This document shows, piece by piece, positions 10,661 to 20,968 of a stretch of DNA of 22,075 nt. Position numbers and translations under genes: made by a program. The DNA is from Vitrella brassicaformis CCMP3155 (taxonomy: Eukaryota; Protista; Chromerida), in contig CDMY01000775.1 of NCBI GenBank assembly GCA_001179505.1, forward strand, positions 1 to 22,075, read 5' to 3'. Each line of letters begins with the position of its first letter. Positions within the stretch are counted from its first letter, which is position 1. The notes beneath the pieces were generated by a model, which saw nothing but the letters and a program-made list of their open reading frames with translations, had not been told where the DNA came from and made no database searches.

Positions 10661-10789
10661 TCTGTCTGTGTGTGTGCGTGAGTGCATTCATCTCTGTGTG
10701 TGCGTGTGTGTGGCGGATGGATGGACTCACGGAGAGACACACACACACACACACAGAAATGAATGCACTCAGGCACACACACAGACAGA
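10661..10789. repeat. 51-bp fold-back inverted repeat built on TG/CA microsatellite
   Basis: Arms 10661-10711 and 10739-10789 differ at about 3 positions and include the non-microsatellite core GAGTGCATTCAT / ATGAATGCACTC. Loop is 27 nt. Confidence 0.9.
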
Positions 10790-11002
10790 CAGACAGACAG
10801 ACAGACTTGCACACAGAGAGACAGAGAGAGAGAGAGACGGACAGGGAAACATTCACCCATCTAGTCACACAACATCACTCTAAATGAAGCAAGAAACCTG
10901 ACTCTTTGACTTGTCTAACTTTCACACACACTCTCGTTGGCGCGCCCCCTTCCCCTCCCTTCTTCTGTCCTCACCCTCTTTCCCCCTTCCTCCCCTCAGG
11001 AA

Positions 11003-11103
11003 AGTGTGAAATCTAGAAAAGCTGACTACTTAGGTTTTCTGACTTGTCAAGATACCAAAATGTGAAAGCTGACTTGTTAGGTTTTCTGACTTGTCGAGAG
11101 ACC
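11003..11103 (-). repeat. Inverted copies (about 2) of the 47-bp unit
   Basis: AGCTGACTACTTAGGTTTTCTGACTTGTCAAGATACCAAAATGTGAAAGCTGACTTGTTAGGTTTTCTGACTTGTCGAGA is the reverse complement of the 10179-10319 unit, with period 47 (11024 to 11071). Confidence 0.92.
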
Positions 11104-11822
11104 TATATGGGCGAGGTGAGTATTTTGGGCAGGGTGACATGTCGGGTTGTCTAGGTATCCTGACATACTTTAGTTTAAACTCAGGTTTACTGTGCGTGAG
11201 TTTTTCTTTTCTGCGACACAAGTTGGCAGTTGTTAGAGGAGGAATCAAGTGTTGAGAAAGTTGTCTCTTGCCTGTGGCAGTTCTAGCATGCAGAAAATGA
11301 GCTGATGTTTGTCTGATGCAACAGGAACACTCCTGTGAATGGGAGAGGAAAGATGCACGTGGGAAAAGTTAGAAAAAGAGTTTGGCATTTCGAGGATTAA
11401 GTTTCCGCCTAGGGACAGTTCATCCATGGGCATTGGGTGCTTAAAGCAACTTTTTTTGTGCGCTTTGAGGGGCAGACGTGTGGCAGTGTCTTTCTGCGTG
11501 TGTTTTTCGCCGTTTCTTTTGCCAAGCGTGCTCTATGGGTTTCGTTCGCTGGTGTGTGGCCTCCTGCGTGCCTTCTGCAGTGTCCCTTTGGTTCCCTCTA
11601 GGGTTCCCTCTCTGTTTGTCTTGGTGTGTTCCCCGCTTCTGGTGCTGTTTTCACCGATTTTTTTCGCTCGTCCTGGACGCCCCAGAGGTGTAATGGTCAT
11701 GATGATGCACCTCGCGTTACTGCCATTTTGATGAGTGCTCAGAGGACAGCGTCGAAGTGATCATTCTGGATAGTGTGCTCCTTATGTCCCGCGGCCAGTT
11801 TCAGAGAATGTACCGGCTAGCC

Positions 11823-14464
11823 TTATACTGCAGCTTGCTTCCCCACCTGCTTCATGATGACCACCATTCCATCTGCTCTGATACCCTCGCCCCACAGCCG
11901 CACATTAGTCAGTCTGGTGCAGTTCATTCCGCGGACCCTCTTGACAGCAACCTTGTCATCCTGTTCGGCGTCGCTCATGGACTCAGTATATAGAAACGTC
12001 GCGGAATAGCTCTTATTCGAGTCGAGGAAGTCGAGAGGGATCGACTTGATGGTCCGCGTCTGCGCCACTCCACTAACAATCCCGATGTACCATGTGTCAC
12101 CCTTTCGACGCGCAAGCACAGTCAGGGTGCCAATCACTGAGGGAGGGAGGGCTCGTGTCTCATCCCAGGTCGTCGGAATTGCTGCAATGACATCCCAATA
12201 ACTCTTGCTCAGAATGACAGAAGGGTTTTCCGCAATAGTCTGCAAGGGAGATGTGAACGTCACCAGCGTCGCTACTTGGTGGACCTGCAAAGGACATCGT
12301 TCAATAGCTAGCTAGGAGATTTCTACCCGTCCGTGACAGTCCGACCTCAGTGGTGTTGCCTCTTCTGTCCTCTCTCAGTGCCAACGGTGTGTAGTCGCCC
12401 GGGCCGCCTGCAGAGAAATGTAGGCAAACAGCCACCTTTGCCGTGTCTGCTTACATGGCGGTCACGTGTGTCTACAGCCACCATACTTGGGAACCTTGTG
12501 AAGGTGAGCGCAGCGTTGTGGACCGGTTTCAGCTTGAGATCAGCCCAAATCTTGTTTGCCTCAAGCCCCTGACCCGGGCAGAATGCAGGCACCACAGAGA
12601 CGAACGTGTCACATACATCGCAGAATCTCTGAGCACGTCCGTCGAGGATTACCATGATTGCTTCTCTTGTGATTTCATTTGGGTAGGTCCTACTCTCCCC
12701 AGTCGGCTTTTGTATACCATGTAAGTTCGTCATCAGCTCGCGCTTTGCCGCCTCCCTATTCAAGGCTTCCTGCAGGCGGATGCTGTCATACGATTCACTA
12801 TGGAAGAAATCCACCTTAATGCCCTCTGCACCAGCCTGCTTCACCGCATCGAGGAAATCTCGGAGCTGTCTGAAAAGGGGGTTATGTGGTAGAGAGGATG
12901 GAAAATTAAGATATCAGCCACTCATACAGGTGATCTCTGACTTGTAGTCCTCGGTAGGATCGGCGATTTCGTCTCTATGTTTCCACAGGAATACGCCAAC
13001 TCCCTTCGTTCTTGCATATGTTGTTAGATTCTTGACAGTCTCCCAAGCGTGAGGCCAGAACTCCCACCCTGTAGGGGAAGGCTAGGTATTTGAAACACCT
13101 ATTGGATTATCTTCTTTCGGCCCTGACCTCTATCAATGGTCGTGTATTCGAAGCCTAACTTCGATGCCTCGTCGAGATATTGAATCTCACCTGCGGGGCC
13201 TAGGACTCCAACTTCACCCTTCTTCTTATCCCACCAGCTCCAGACAGACCTTCAGAGTGGATAAGAAGTCAACTCTGCTGTAGATGGGAGTAATACCTAC
13301 CTGCCGGGCTTGATGTAGCCAGGAAGGTCAGGCAACTTTCCTGAGGTCTTCGAAGATGCGAACAGGCCTGGATTCCGGACTTCGGGTGGTGGGCTGAGGT
13401 TGGTGATAAGGTCACTGTTGACGAGTTGGTTGAGATTTCGGGCTATTTGAATGACGCGCCAAGAGGTGGTCAGGGGAAGGGACACTTTCAGGAGAGGCGG
13501 CGCTCCAGGGTGGGCCACCCGCGCCAGCTCTGTCCGAAAGCCTTTCGCATCCGGCAAGGCGACGATGTGAAACCCTTCCCAATCGAACAAAGCAGCCTCA
13601 TGGATCGCTCGATAAGGGTAAGGCACAGACCATGAGGAATCCTCAATCAGCATCGGCAGTCCGTAGCGGGCCTTGTTGCCTTTCTGTCGGAGGGCTAGTT
13701 TCGCTGGGTTCGTCTTCTTGGATGGACCTGTATGTGTCTTGAGCTCCAGGTCGGCCCGCTCATCCTCGCGTTCATACGTCCACGCCTGCGACACTCGGAC
13801 GAAGTGAGTCAAACGAAGCCCGTGTACGTCGACGTGAAGGCTCACTCTGTCAGTTGGTGCGAAATCCATGCGGAACTCCGTTCCGTCACCCTTGATTAGT
13901 AGCGTCTTGTTTCCTGGTATTCGAGACCGAAATGCAATGCCATCTTCGTGAAAGACTCGTACGTCAACAAAATAGCTCAAATCCTGAAAAGGAATGCTAT
14001 ATGTGAGAGTGAAACAGCTGCACCATGCCGTCCTACAGTCGGAATGTGGCGAACGGAGTACGACACCTCCACTGAATAGCAAGCAGTACCTCGACCAGAT
14101 AGCCATTCATACGTCCGTGTGAGCAATGTTCCTTACCGTGATGGTTGGTAGCCACAGAGTGATGTCCGAACTTACGATAGGTCTCACGGACTTCCTTCCT
14201 CTTCGACTGGCCCTCGATTGTAACGTTTCTACCAACGTGCACATCGCCCTCGAGCATCAGTCCCAGCGACGAGGGGCTGACAATTCGCTGTTCTGGGGCA
14301 TCGACATTGTATTTGAGGCTGTTGCCGTCGCCTTCGTCGATGAAAACCTCCAATTGAAACGAACCCCGGCCTGGAGGGTGAATAATGTCATGAAATGGCA
14401 TACTGGCCTTTGCTGCTCCAACCAGCGACAAGAGAGGAAACAGAACCGGGGGGATCGCTTTCAT
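11823..14464 (-). CDS. Secreted glycoside hydrolase family 97 (alpha-galactosidase/alpha-glucosidase-like), 10 exons
   Basis: Phase-consistent exons 14464-14137, 14071-14037, 13983-13846, 13785-13301, 13249-13128, 13068-12942, 12869-12653, 12568-12487, 12407-12346 and 12284-11823. GH97 motifs: YIKPGRSVWSWW, LGFEYTTIDRGW, GIKVDFF, NLHGIQKPTGESRTYPNEITREAIMGLE, TFTRFPSGPGDYTP, IPTTWDET, LARRKGDTWYIG. N-terminal signal-peptide-like MKAIPPVLFPLLSLVGAAKA. Intron 13845-13786 is in-frame and stop-free, so it could be retained. Confidence 0.92.
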
Positions 14465-15493
14465 TGAATACATACGACGGTCTAACTTCTACAACGAACG
14501 CGATCCGCCTAATTTCATGCATGTACTTAAAATGTACTTCTAAACGTGAATTCACCAGGCCGCAGGCCGGGCAAGCGGTCCTGAAGCGGACACGCCACAA
14601 CCAAAGACGAGAATCATGCACGCACACCGCATACACGCATACATACACACACGGAGTGGCTGAGCCCCTCACTGGTGTGGTCAAGGGCCGGCTTGAATGA
14701 ACGTGTTCACGTTATGGAGATAGGCTTTACTCGACGCTTTACTGACAATTGTTGACAGCCCCTGAAGCTCTGAGCCGAGAATCACTACAACAAAACTCTC
14801 TGATTCCCGACACGTCTTCCTGGTTGGTTTAATCGCTTGGCGGCTCTGTCGACAGTTGCTGCCCTACAAAGTGCAAACGACAGCTCTTTATAGGGCCAAT
14901 GATCAACTCTGCTTTGGGATGATCGGACCTTCCTGCTGGCTGGCATCGTGTCTCTGGCCAGGGAAAATCCAGGAAAATCGTTCGGTCCAGGATTCTTAAC
15001 CCTAATTAGACTCTCCCGAGCTTGGGAGATCCTCCTGCCATTTTGGCTCATCTGCTCGGACATTTCATCGGGCTTCAAGCTTCTTTATCTCTCTTCGCCA
15101 ATTTTGCTCCTCGAGGCTCTCCCCTGGCTGTCGTCGCCAGATTCACTCATTCAGCCTCTCCCCTGGCGAGGTCTCTTAGTCGTGCCTTCATCACCACATC
15201 GCTTGACGGGGAAGAACGGATAAAGGCATAGGCCTTGAGACGTGTGCATTCGTGTGTTCGGATTTGTGTGTCTGTGTATATGCTACTGTGACCCGTAGCC
15301 TCCTTTGACTCATCGCGACGAGGTCGACTTCATTTGCGTGTTTGTTGTCAATTATCCTTAATCGTGTCTCATCGACAGTCAGCATCGAGTAAGCGCTATT
15401 TCATAGCATCCTCGGTCATAGCAGTCTCGGTTCCCCAAGACCAACCTTGGGCCCTCCTTGGGCATGCAGCACATTCATGTGTGCGACAATTGA

Positions 15494-15713
15494 ACTGACA
15501 GAGGAAGACAGAAGACAGATAAAAAAGAGAGCCTGCCTCATTGATGGACAGAAAGACAGGAGGCACTGGCTGAAATGGCATGAGTATGGTCACAACACAG
15601 AGGGGCGCCGAAGTCTAACCTCACGCGCGGCATACATTCCCAGAAACGACATGGTGGCGCAGCGACTACACGTGATCGGCTACCTCAGCAAAAGAGACCG
15701 GCCGAATGACAAG
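15494..15713 (+). repeat. About 220-bp dispersed repeat, copy 1 (inverted relative to copy 2)
   Basis: Aligns to the reverse complement of 18613-18836. The core has 62/67 identity, including the exact 30-mer GGCACTGGCTGAAATGGCATGAGTATGGTC. Confidence 0.92.
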
Positions 15714-16185
15714 CAATGACAAGCAATGAGACCTTATCGGACTTTCTGTCGTGGTGTCGATCACTCCTTCGAAAAACCGAACGCGCCAACCCTAGGAGCT
15801 GAATGTTTGTATGGTCGTGTAAGACGATGAGATGAAACGTATACCTCTGACATGTTAGGGTTACAAGAGGGATTCAGTGGCCACCGCGTGTGCTACGAAG
15901 TGATTGGTACCTTGGGGGGTACAGTTCTACGTCTACGTGACATCGGGGGACATCGGATATCTACGTCTACGTGAGGGTGTACAGTTCTCGCGAGTCGTGA
16001 TGCCCGTGCACACATAGTTGCTCTCAGTCTTCCTACCTTCTAGATAGGTGGTTCTCGCCTCACACAGTCTCTAGAGTGACTGTGGTATATCTCGCAATCG
16101 AATTGCTCATTGACTTGCCCCTCAATATAAACACACAGTGGCACATTTCCGACACACGTATGTTGTCTCACTGAAATGTTAACCG

Positions 16186-18430
16186 TCAAGCAAATGAATC
16201 GCCATCCTGAGCGCCTTCGTCCTCTGGCATGACGTTGTCTTCATCGTCAAGCTGCCACAGAGAAAGCAATCCGATGGCATACACTAATTCATCTGCTGCC
16301 ACACAGCCCACTTGCTCTTCATCTGGTGCACCGAAGCCAGTGGCATTTGCATCGTCCAGCTCGTCAAGCTGCAAAAGCAGACAAGTGAAAGTTTTTCCTT
16401 TCCGTTCCTCATAAACCGAACCTCAGGCAGAGGAAATCGGAGGATTGCGGCAATGCCAGATAGTTGGGACAGCTCTGGCAGGGAAAGAATGGGAAAAAGT
16501 GCTCCTTGCAGTAAACATTGCTGTCAACTTACGTTCCCCAGACACATGCATACTCGAGAAAATGTGGGCCTCAGAGCCACCTGAGCAGCGATATTCGCAT
16601 TCATGCATATCGACAGATCGACGGATAGGTGTCGTGTAATCACCGGCTTGTTTGACCGCTTCGACTATGTGATTGTATCGCCGCCTTGTGCTGACGTTGC
16701 TTGCCCTATGCAGCAAAGCGAGCAGCTAGGCTTACGAATAGTTCGCTTCGCCGTGCCTTGCTTGTTCCACCTGAACAGACTGTCTAAAATAAGTAGCGTC
16801 TGTACAGCCCCCCTCTCGACAGCCATCTCCACCTATTTGACACGGCATGCACCACGACTGCAATAATTGATTCGGAAGGGGACTTGGCTAGCGACTTGCC
16901 TGACACGGCCCATAACACGTCCGATCCGGCTCATTTTGAAGCATATGGTAGAAGGACTCAAGTGCCAGCACTTGCTTCGTCGCTTGCGTGTCCTGAAGCT
17001 TCTGTTGCACAGCTGGATCGTTCAGTATTTCATTCAAGGCCTGCCTGACAAAGCCACGACATGGCCAAGCGCGGTGGCGGCTGGAAGTGCGTCGCTTTCA
17101 GAGTCTAGCCCACTTGTACGCTGACGATGCTCTTGCCGAGACGAAAAACCCTCTGTTTGAGAGCAGACTGGCGGCGCTTTGACCCCTGATGCGAAGCACG
17201 AAACAACAAAACAGGAACACGCTGATACCACACAGCACATTTCTCTCGGCTGTTCCGCACTTGGTTTGAGCCTCCTGCCACATCCATTTGAGGAAATCGT
17301 CCTGCAGGCAAACAGAAAACAGACCATTTCCAGACTTCTGTCGTCCGTGAGTACTCGAGCTTTACCCTTACAAAGCCTGGACCAGCCACCAGAACACATT
17401 TCACGACGCTGAAGTCTATGTGCTGCTGTATGGCACCCATTACTTGCTGGAAGAAGCGCTCGATAGCCTGAGACGACGACACAGGTCACCATTCCAATTC
17501 GAACGAGCGAATGGTTCTCCACCTTTTGGTGCCCGCTGAACAAACCGCGCTTCTTTGGTATGTTGACTTGCACCTGATTCCGCAGGCATGTCGCCTGTGC
17601 AGATGATAACGAGCTGATACACGTCATCCTGTCCCACCTTGCAAAGTTCCTTCGCAAGGCAGCTCGTCAGAAGGTAAAAATTCGCAACGCCCTGGTCGAT
17701 CAACTGTCAAGCAGACAGATGCCAAGGATAGATGCACTCTGCACTCTTGGTGCTTTGGCCGTACGATAGCTGCGACTTCAGCGCTTCTCTTGGCGTCAAC
17801 TGCCTGCTGAAGACGATCACGAGAGATGAAATCCCAGTTCGACTGGAGGCACGCACGGATTGGCATCGTTCTCTGGTCAACTAAGTGGTGAAACAGGCCC
17901 TGAGTTACTTTCATGACGCTGAGGTTGCTATTAAGCTCCACCTCAACCGTATGAAACTGCCCCAGCTGCAAGAGATTGCATGAGCTTGAAACCATTAACT
18001 TCGAGCATTCACTACACACGTACCCTAATGAACTCGTTTTCGCACACATTCTTGCCGGAGAAACGAATGAGATTCGCTTTACCATCATACTCGACACTCT
18101 GCAAAAGACAACACAGGGGGGGAATTGTCAATCAGCCGCAGATCAGCCATCTACGGGCTACCTTGACGGCCAGGGTGAGCACCAGCTTCTTCATGAAGGC
18201 TTGGGTTGAGCCCAGCGACCCCTCACGTTGCACCTTCCTGAGGTACACGCTATTGCTTTGCGGGTTGTATCATGTCCTGATATCTATTTGGCTCACCGAT
18301 AAGTCTGTGCTCGTATCCTGTCGCCTCGCACGACGATGTTGTAGATGTGCCACAGATCCTCAGCTTCTTCGGGAATGAGCGTCACAACTCCACCTCCATC
18401 CTTCTCGAAATTTTGTTCGGTCACCTTCAT
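16186..18430 (-). CDS. PELO: Protein pelota (Dom34 / eRF1-like ribosome rescue factor), 17 exons, 414 aa
   Basis: Exons 18430-18297, 18237-18162, 18098-18024, 17965-17909, 17842-17765, 17703-17638, 17573-17523, 17467-17366, 17301-17261, 17185-17114, 17044-16900, 16832-16771, 16705-16644, 16580-16533, 16474-16422, 16368-16312 and 16251-16186 give 1245 nt with no internal stop. Motifs: [81 protein letters not shown]. Confidence 0.97.
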
Positions 18431-18547
18431 GTCCTCTTACTCGCGCGTCGGCAATGGTAATGGCGGGAGGGAGGAGTTGGAAGTCACGGCGTAGATCAAA
18501 CGCGACTGCTCTTTCGTGTTTTTGTTTCACGCCAACCCGAGATTCCT

Positions 18548-18584
18548 CGGGCTTAGGGTCAGGTGTCTCGTCAAACCCATAACC
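18548..18584. promoter_or_regulatory. 37-bp dispersed motif, copy 2, 118 bp upstream of the pelota ATG
   Basis: CGGGCTTAGGGTCAGGTGTCTCGTCAAACCCATAACC matches 5522-5558 at 34/37. Confidence 0.45.
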
Positions 18585-18612
18585 TTCATTCATTCATTCA
18601 CTCCTGGTGATG

Positions 18613-18836
18613 TCTTGTCATTGGTGTGGTCTCTTCTCTGCGGTAGCCTATCACGTGTCGTTGCCCCCCATGTCTTTTCTTTTGCGTGTGCATGGTTGCG
18701 CGTGTGGTTAGACTTCGGCGTGCCTCTCTGTTGCGACCATACTCATGCCATTTCAGCCAGTGCCGCATGTCTGTCTGTTTGTTCATTACCGCGGCGGGGC
18801 TCTCCCCTTTAGCTGCCTTCTGTCTTCCTCTGCCAG
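18613..18836 (-). repeat. About 220-bp dispersed repeat, copy 2
   Basis: Reverse complement aligns to 15494-15713. Confidence 0.92.
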
Positions 18837-19199
18837 CCCAGCCAGGACTTCCTGTGCATGTGCCTGCCAAGTGCCTACCGACTTAGATCACACCGTGCTG
18901 CCCACTGATCCATTACATGCCGGCCGATAACTGTGTGGTGTGTCACGAAGGGAGCGATACAATGGACAACATGAGACTCAGTGCGTGTGAAGGGATGGAG
19001 TGCACCTTAGGTATTGTCTATCATATGTTGCAGGGCCTCATGCACACGACAGCTCGGATCAGTTTCACAGATCTTGCTCTAGTTGAAAGGTGAGCTGTGG
19101 CTATCAGCTCGCAAAAGAATCTGCGGCCAACTTGACCCAACTTTTTTTCTAGGGCATCTTTTCAAGATCTGTCTTCTGATATCTGTGAAGGGGTCACTG

Positions 19200-20400
19200 C
19201 GGGGAACGAGTTTGCTTCGAGCTTCAAATCCGCTCACGCGTTCGCGTGAAAAACGGCGGCAAAAATCCCGGAAAATCGGTTCCTGGCTGTTTTCTCTCAG
19301 GATTCTGCTGCGTTTGCCACGCAAGTCTGTGTGTGAGTGCTCCTTCGTCTGCTTTGTCCTCATGCAAGCGGCCATCGCTCTGCCTGCCGTCAAACACGAG
19401 AACCAGCCACCGAAAGTTGACGTTGCCGTCACTTCAAATCACCACGACTGTGACAATGCATGATACATTTCGCTGTGCTGTGTTCACACGTAAGCGCTAA
19501 TGGCTTTTCGTTGCGTCAACAAGAAGAACCAGTCACTGAAAGGTTACACAGTCATCAACCATCCAGCCACACATCTACGGCACACTGCTCTACGCTCTGT
19601 CCGCACGCAAGCGGCCGTCGCTCTTCGCCCCCGCAAACGAGACCATAGCCGCTGAGACCTTGCGCACCGCTAACCCAACCGCAATCTCCATGCAGACGTT
19701 TCAAGGTCTGGTTGATGAAATATATGCGCACGGACACTGCGAGAAACGAGTTTGCTTCCAATTGCAATTGCGCTCTCTCGTTCGCGCAAAAGGTGGCGAA
19801 CACCATGCTCCGGTTACACGGAATTCGGCGTTTTCTGCTGATTTCTCTCGGGACTGAGATTCATTCGATGCAAAAGCATGTATGTCTGATACATCCCGTT
19901 ATGCTGTGTCTGGACGCCAGCGGCCATTGCACTGCGCCGTCTTGAGAAAGACAACCAGCCACCGAAAGTCGGCAGAGCTGTGGACCTAAACGAGCACGAT
20001 TGTGTTAATGCATGCTGCATCTCGCTATGCTGTATTCACGCGCGAGCGGCCAGTGCTCATGACCGTTTCATTGTCTCAAAAAATGGGAAAACTGGTGTCG
20101 GTTACACGGAATTTGGTTGTGAGTTGACTTCGTTTCGGACTCTAGTTCACTGCACACTGTAATTCATTTCATGCCGAGCACATGTACTGATACCTTTTGC
20201 AGTCTGTGTCTGCACGCCAGCGGCCATCGCCATGCGCTGTTTGAGAAAGAGACCCAAGTGTGAAAGCTGACAGCACATGTGGACCGAACTCACTATAAGT
20301 ATGTTTCTGCATGATATATCTCGCTGTGCTGAATTCACACGCAAGCGGCCAGGAGTTATGACGCTGTTCAAAAGTAAACCCAACGGTACTTGTACTGTTC
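19200..20400. repeat. Degenerate tandem array, about 4 units of 240-310 bp
   Basis: GCGGCCRT at 19368, 19611, 19920 and 20220. GGTTACAC at 19542, 19812 and 20100. GCATG..RCATYTCGCT.TGCTG..TTCAC recurs near 19458, 20010 and 20309. AACGAGTTTGCTTC at 19205 and 19745. Confidence 0.85.
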
Positions 20401-20469
20401 TTTTGGATGAGCGCGAGCGAGTTCGCACGTCTCTTTCTCTCGCCATCCAGTTTTTTCTGCTCCGTTTCC

Positions 20470-20769
20470 NNNNNNNNNNNNNNNNNNNNNNNNNNNNNNN
20501 NNNNNNNNNNNNNNNNNNNNNNNNNNNNNNNNNNNNNNNNNNNNNNNNNNNNNNNNNNNNNNNNNNNNNNNNNNNNNNNNNNNNNNNNNNNNNNNNNNNN
20601 NNNNNNNNNNNNNNNNNNNNNNNNNNNNNNNNNNNNNNNNNNNNNNNNNNNNNNNNNNNNNNNNNNNNNNNNNNNNNNNNNNNNNNNNNNNNNNNNNNNN
20701 NNNNNNNNNNNNNNNNNNNNNNNNNNNNNNNNNNNNNNNNNNNNNNNNNNNNNNNNNNNNNNNNNNNNN
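20470..20769. other. Assembly gap (300 N)
   Basis: Run of N characters. Confidence 1.
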
Positions 20770-20770
20770 A

Positions 20771-20968
20771 AAGCTCCTTGTCTTCAACAAACAAGCATCC
20801 AAGCCTCCTGCCCTGCCCCAGAGGTACTTCAACGCTCGCCGTCAAGACCGCAAGGCCGCTCCCTCTGGAGACATCACCCCTCGAGCTCTCTACTTCACCT
20901 CTGACGACATCCCTGCCGGCCCAGAGGAGGCCGAAGCCACAGGCGAGGGCGCCACGATGAGCGACTAG
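20771..20968 (+). CDS. 3' end of an unidentified coding sequence emerging from the gap
   Basis: Open frame KLLVFNKQASKPPALPQRYFNARRQDRKAAPSGDITPRALYFTSDDIPAGPEEAEATGEGATMSD* with many C/G-ending codons. Not in the ORF track because it has no start. Confidence 0.45.
   Translation, partial: KLLVFNKQASKPPALPQRYFNARRQDRKAAPSGDITPRALYFTSDDIPAGPEEAEATGEGATMSD

Noticed and set aside
10585-10887. ORFs over (TG)/(ACAG) microsatellites, also at 3535-4147
   Set aside because: Low-complexity translations of simple repeats.
14965-14982. AAAATCC.GGAAAATCG shared with about 19262-19278
   Set aside because: No alignment beyond about 18 bp.
15447-15719. Shared peptide RHWLKWHEYG in ORFs 15447-15719 (+) and 18598-18870 (-) as a protein family
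   Set aside because: It is a by-product of the DNA repeat. The flanking translations diverge, and there is no splice structure or coding pattern.
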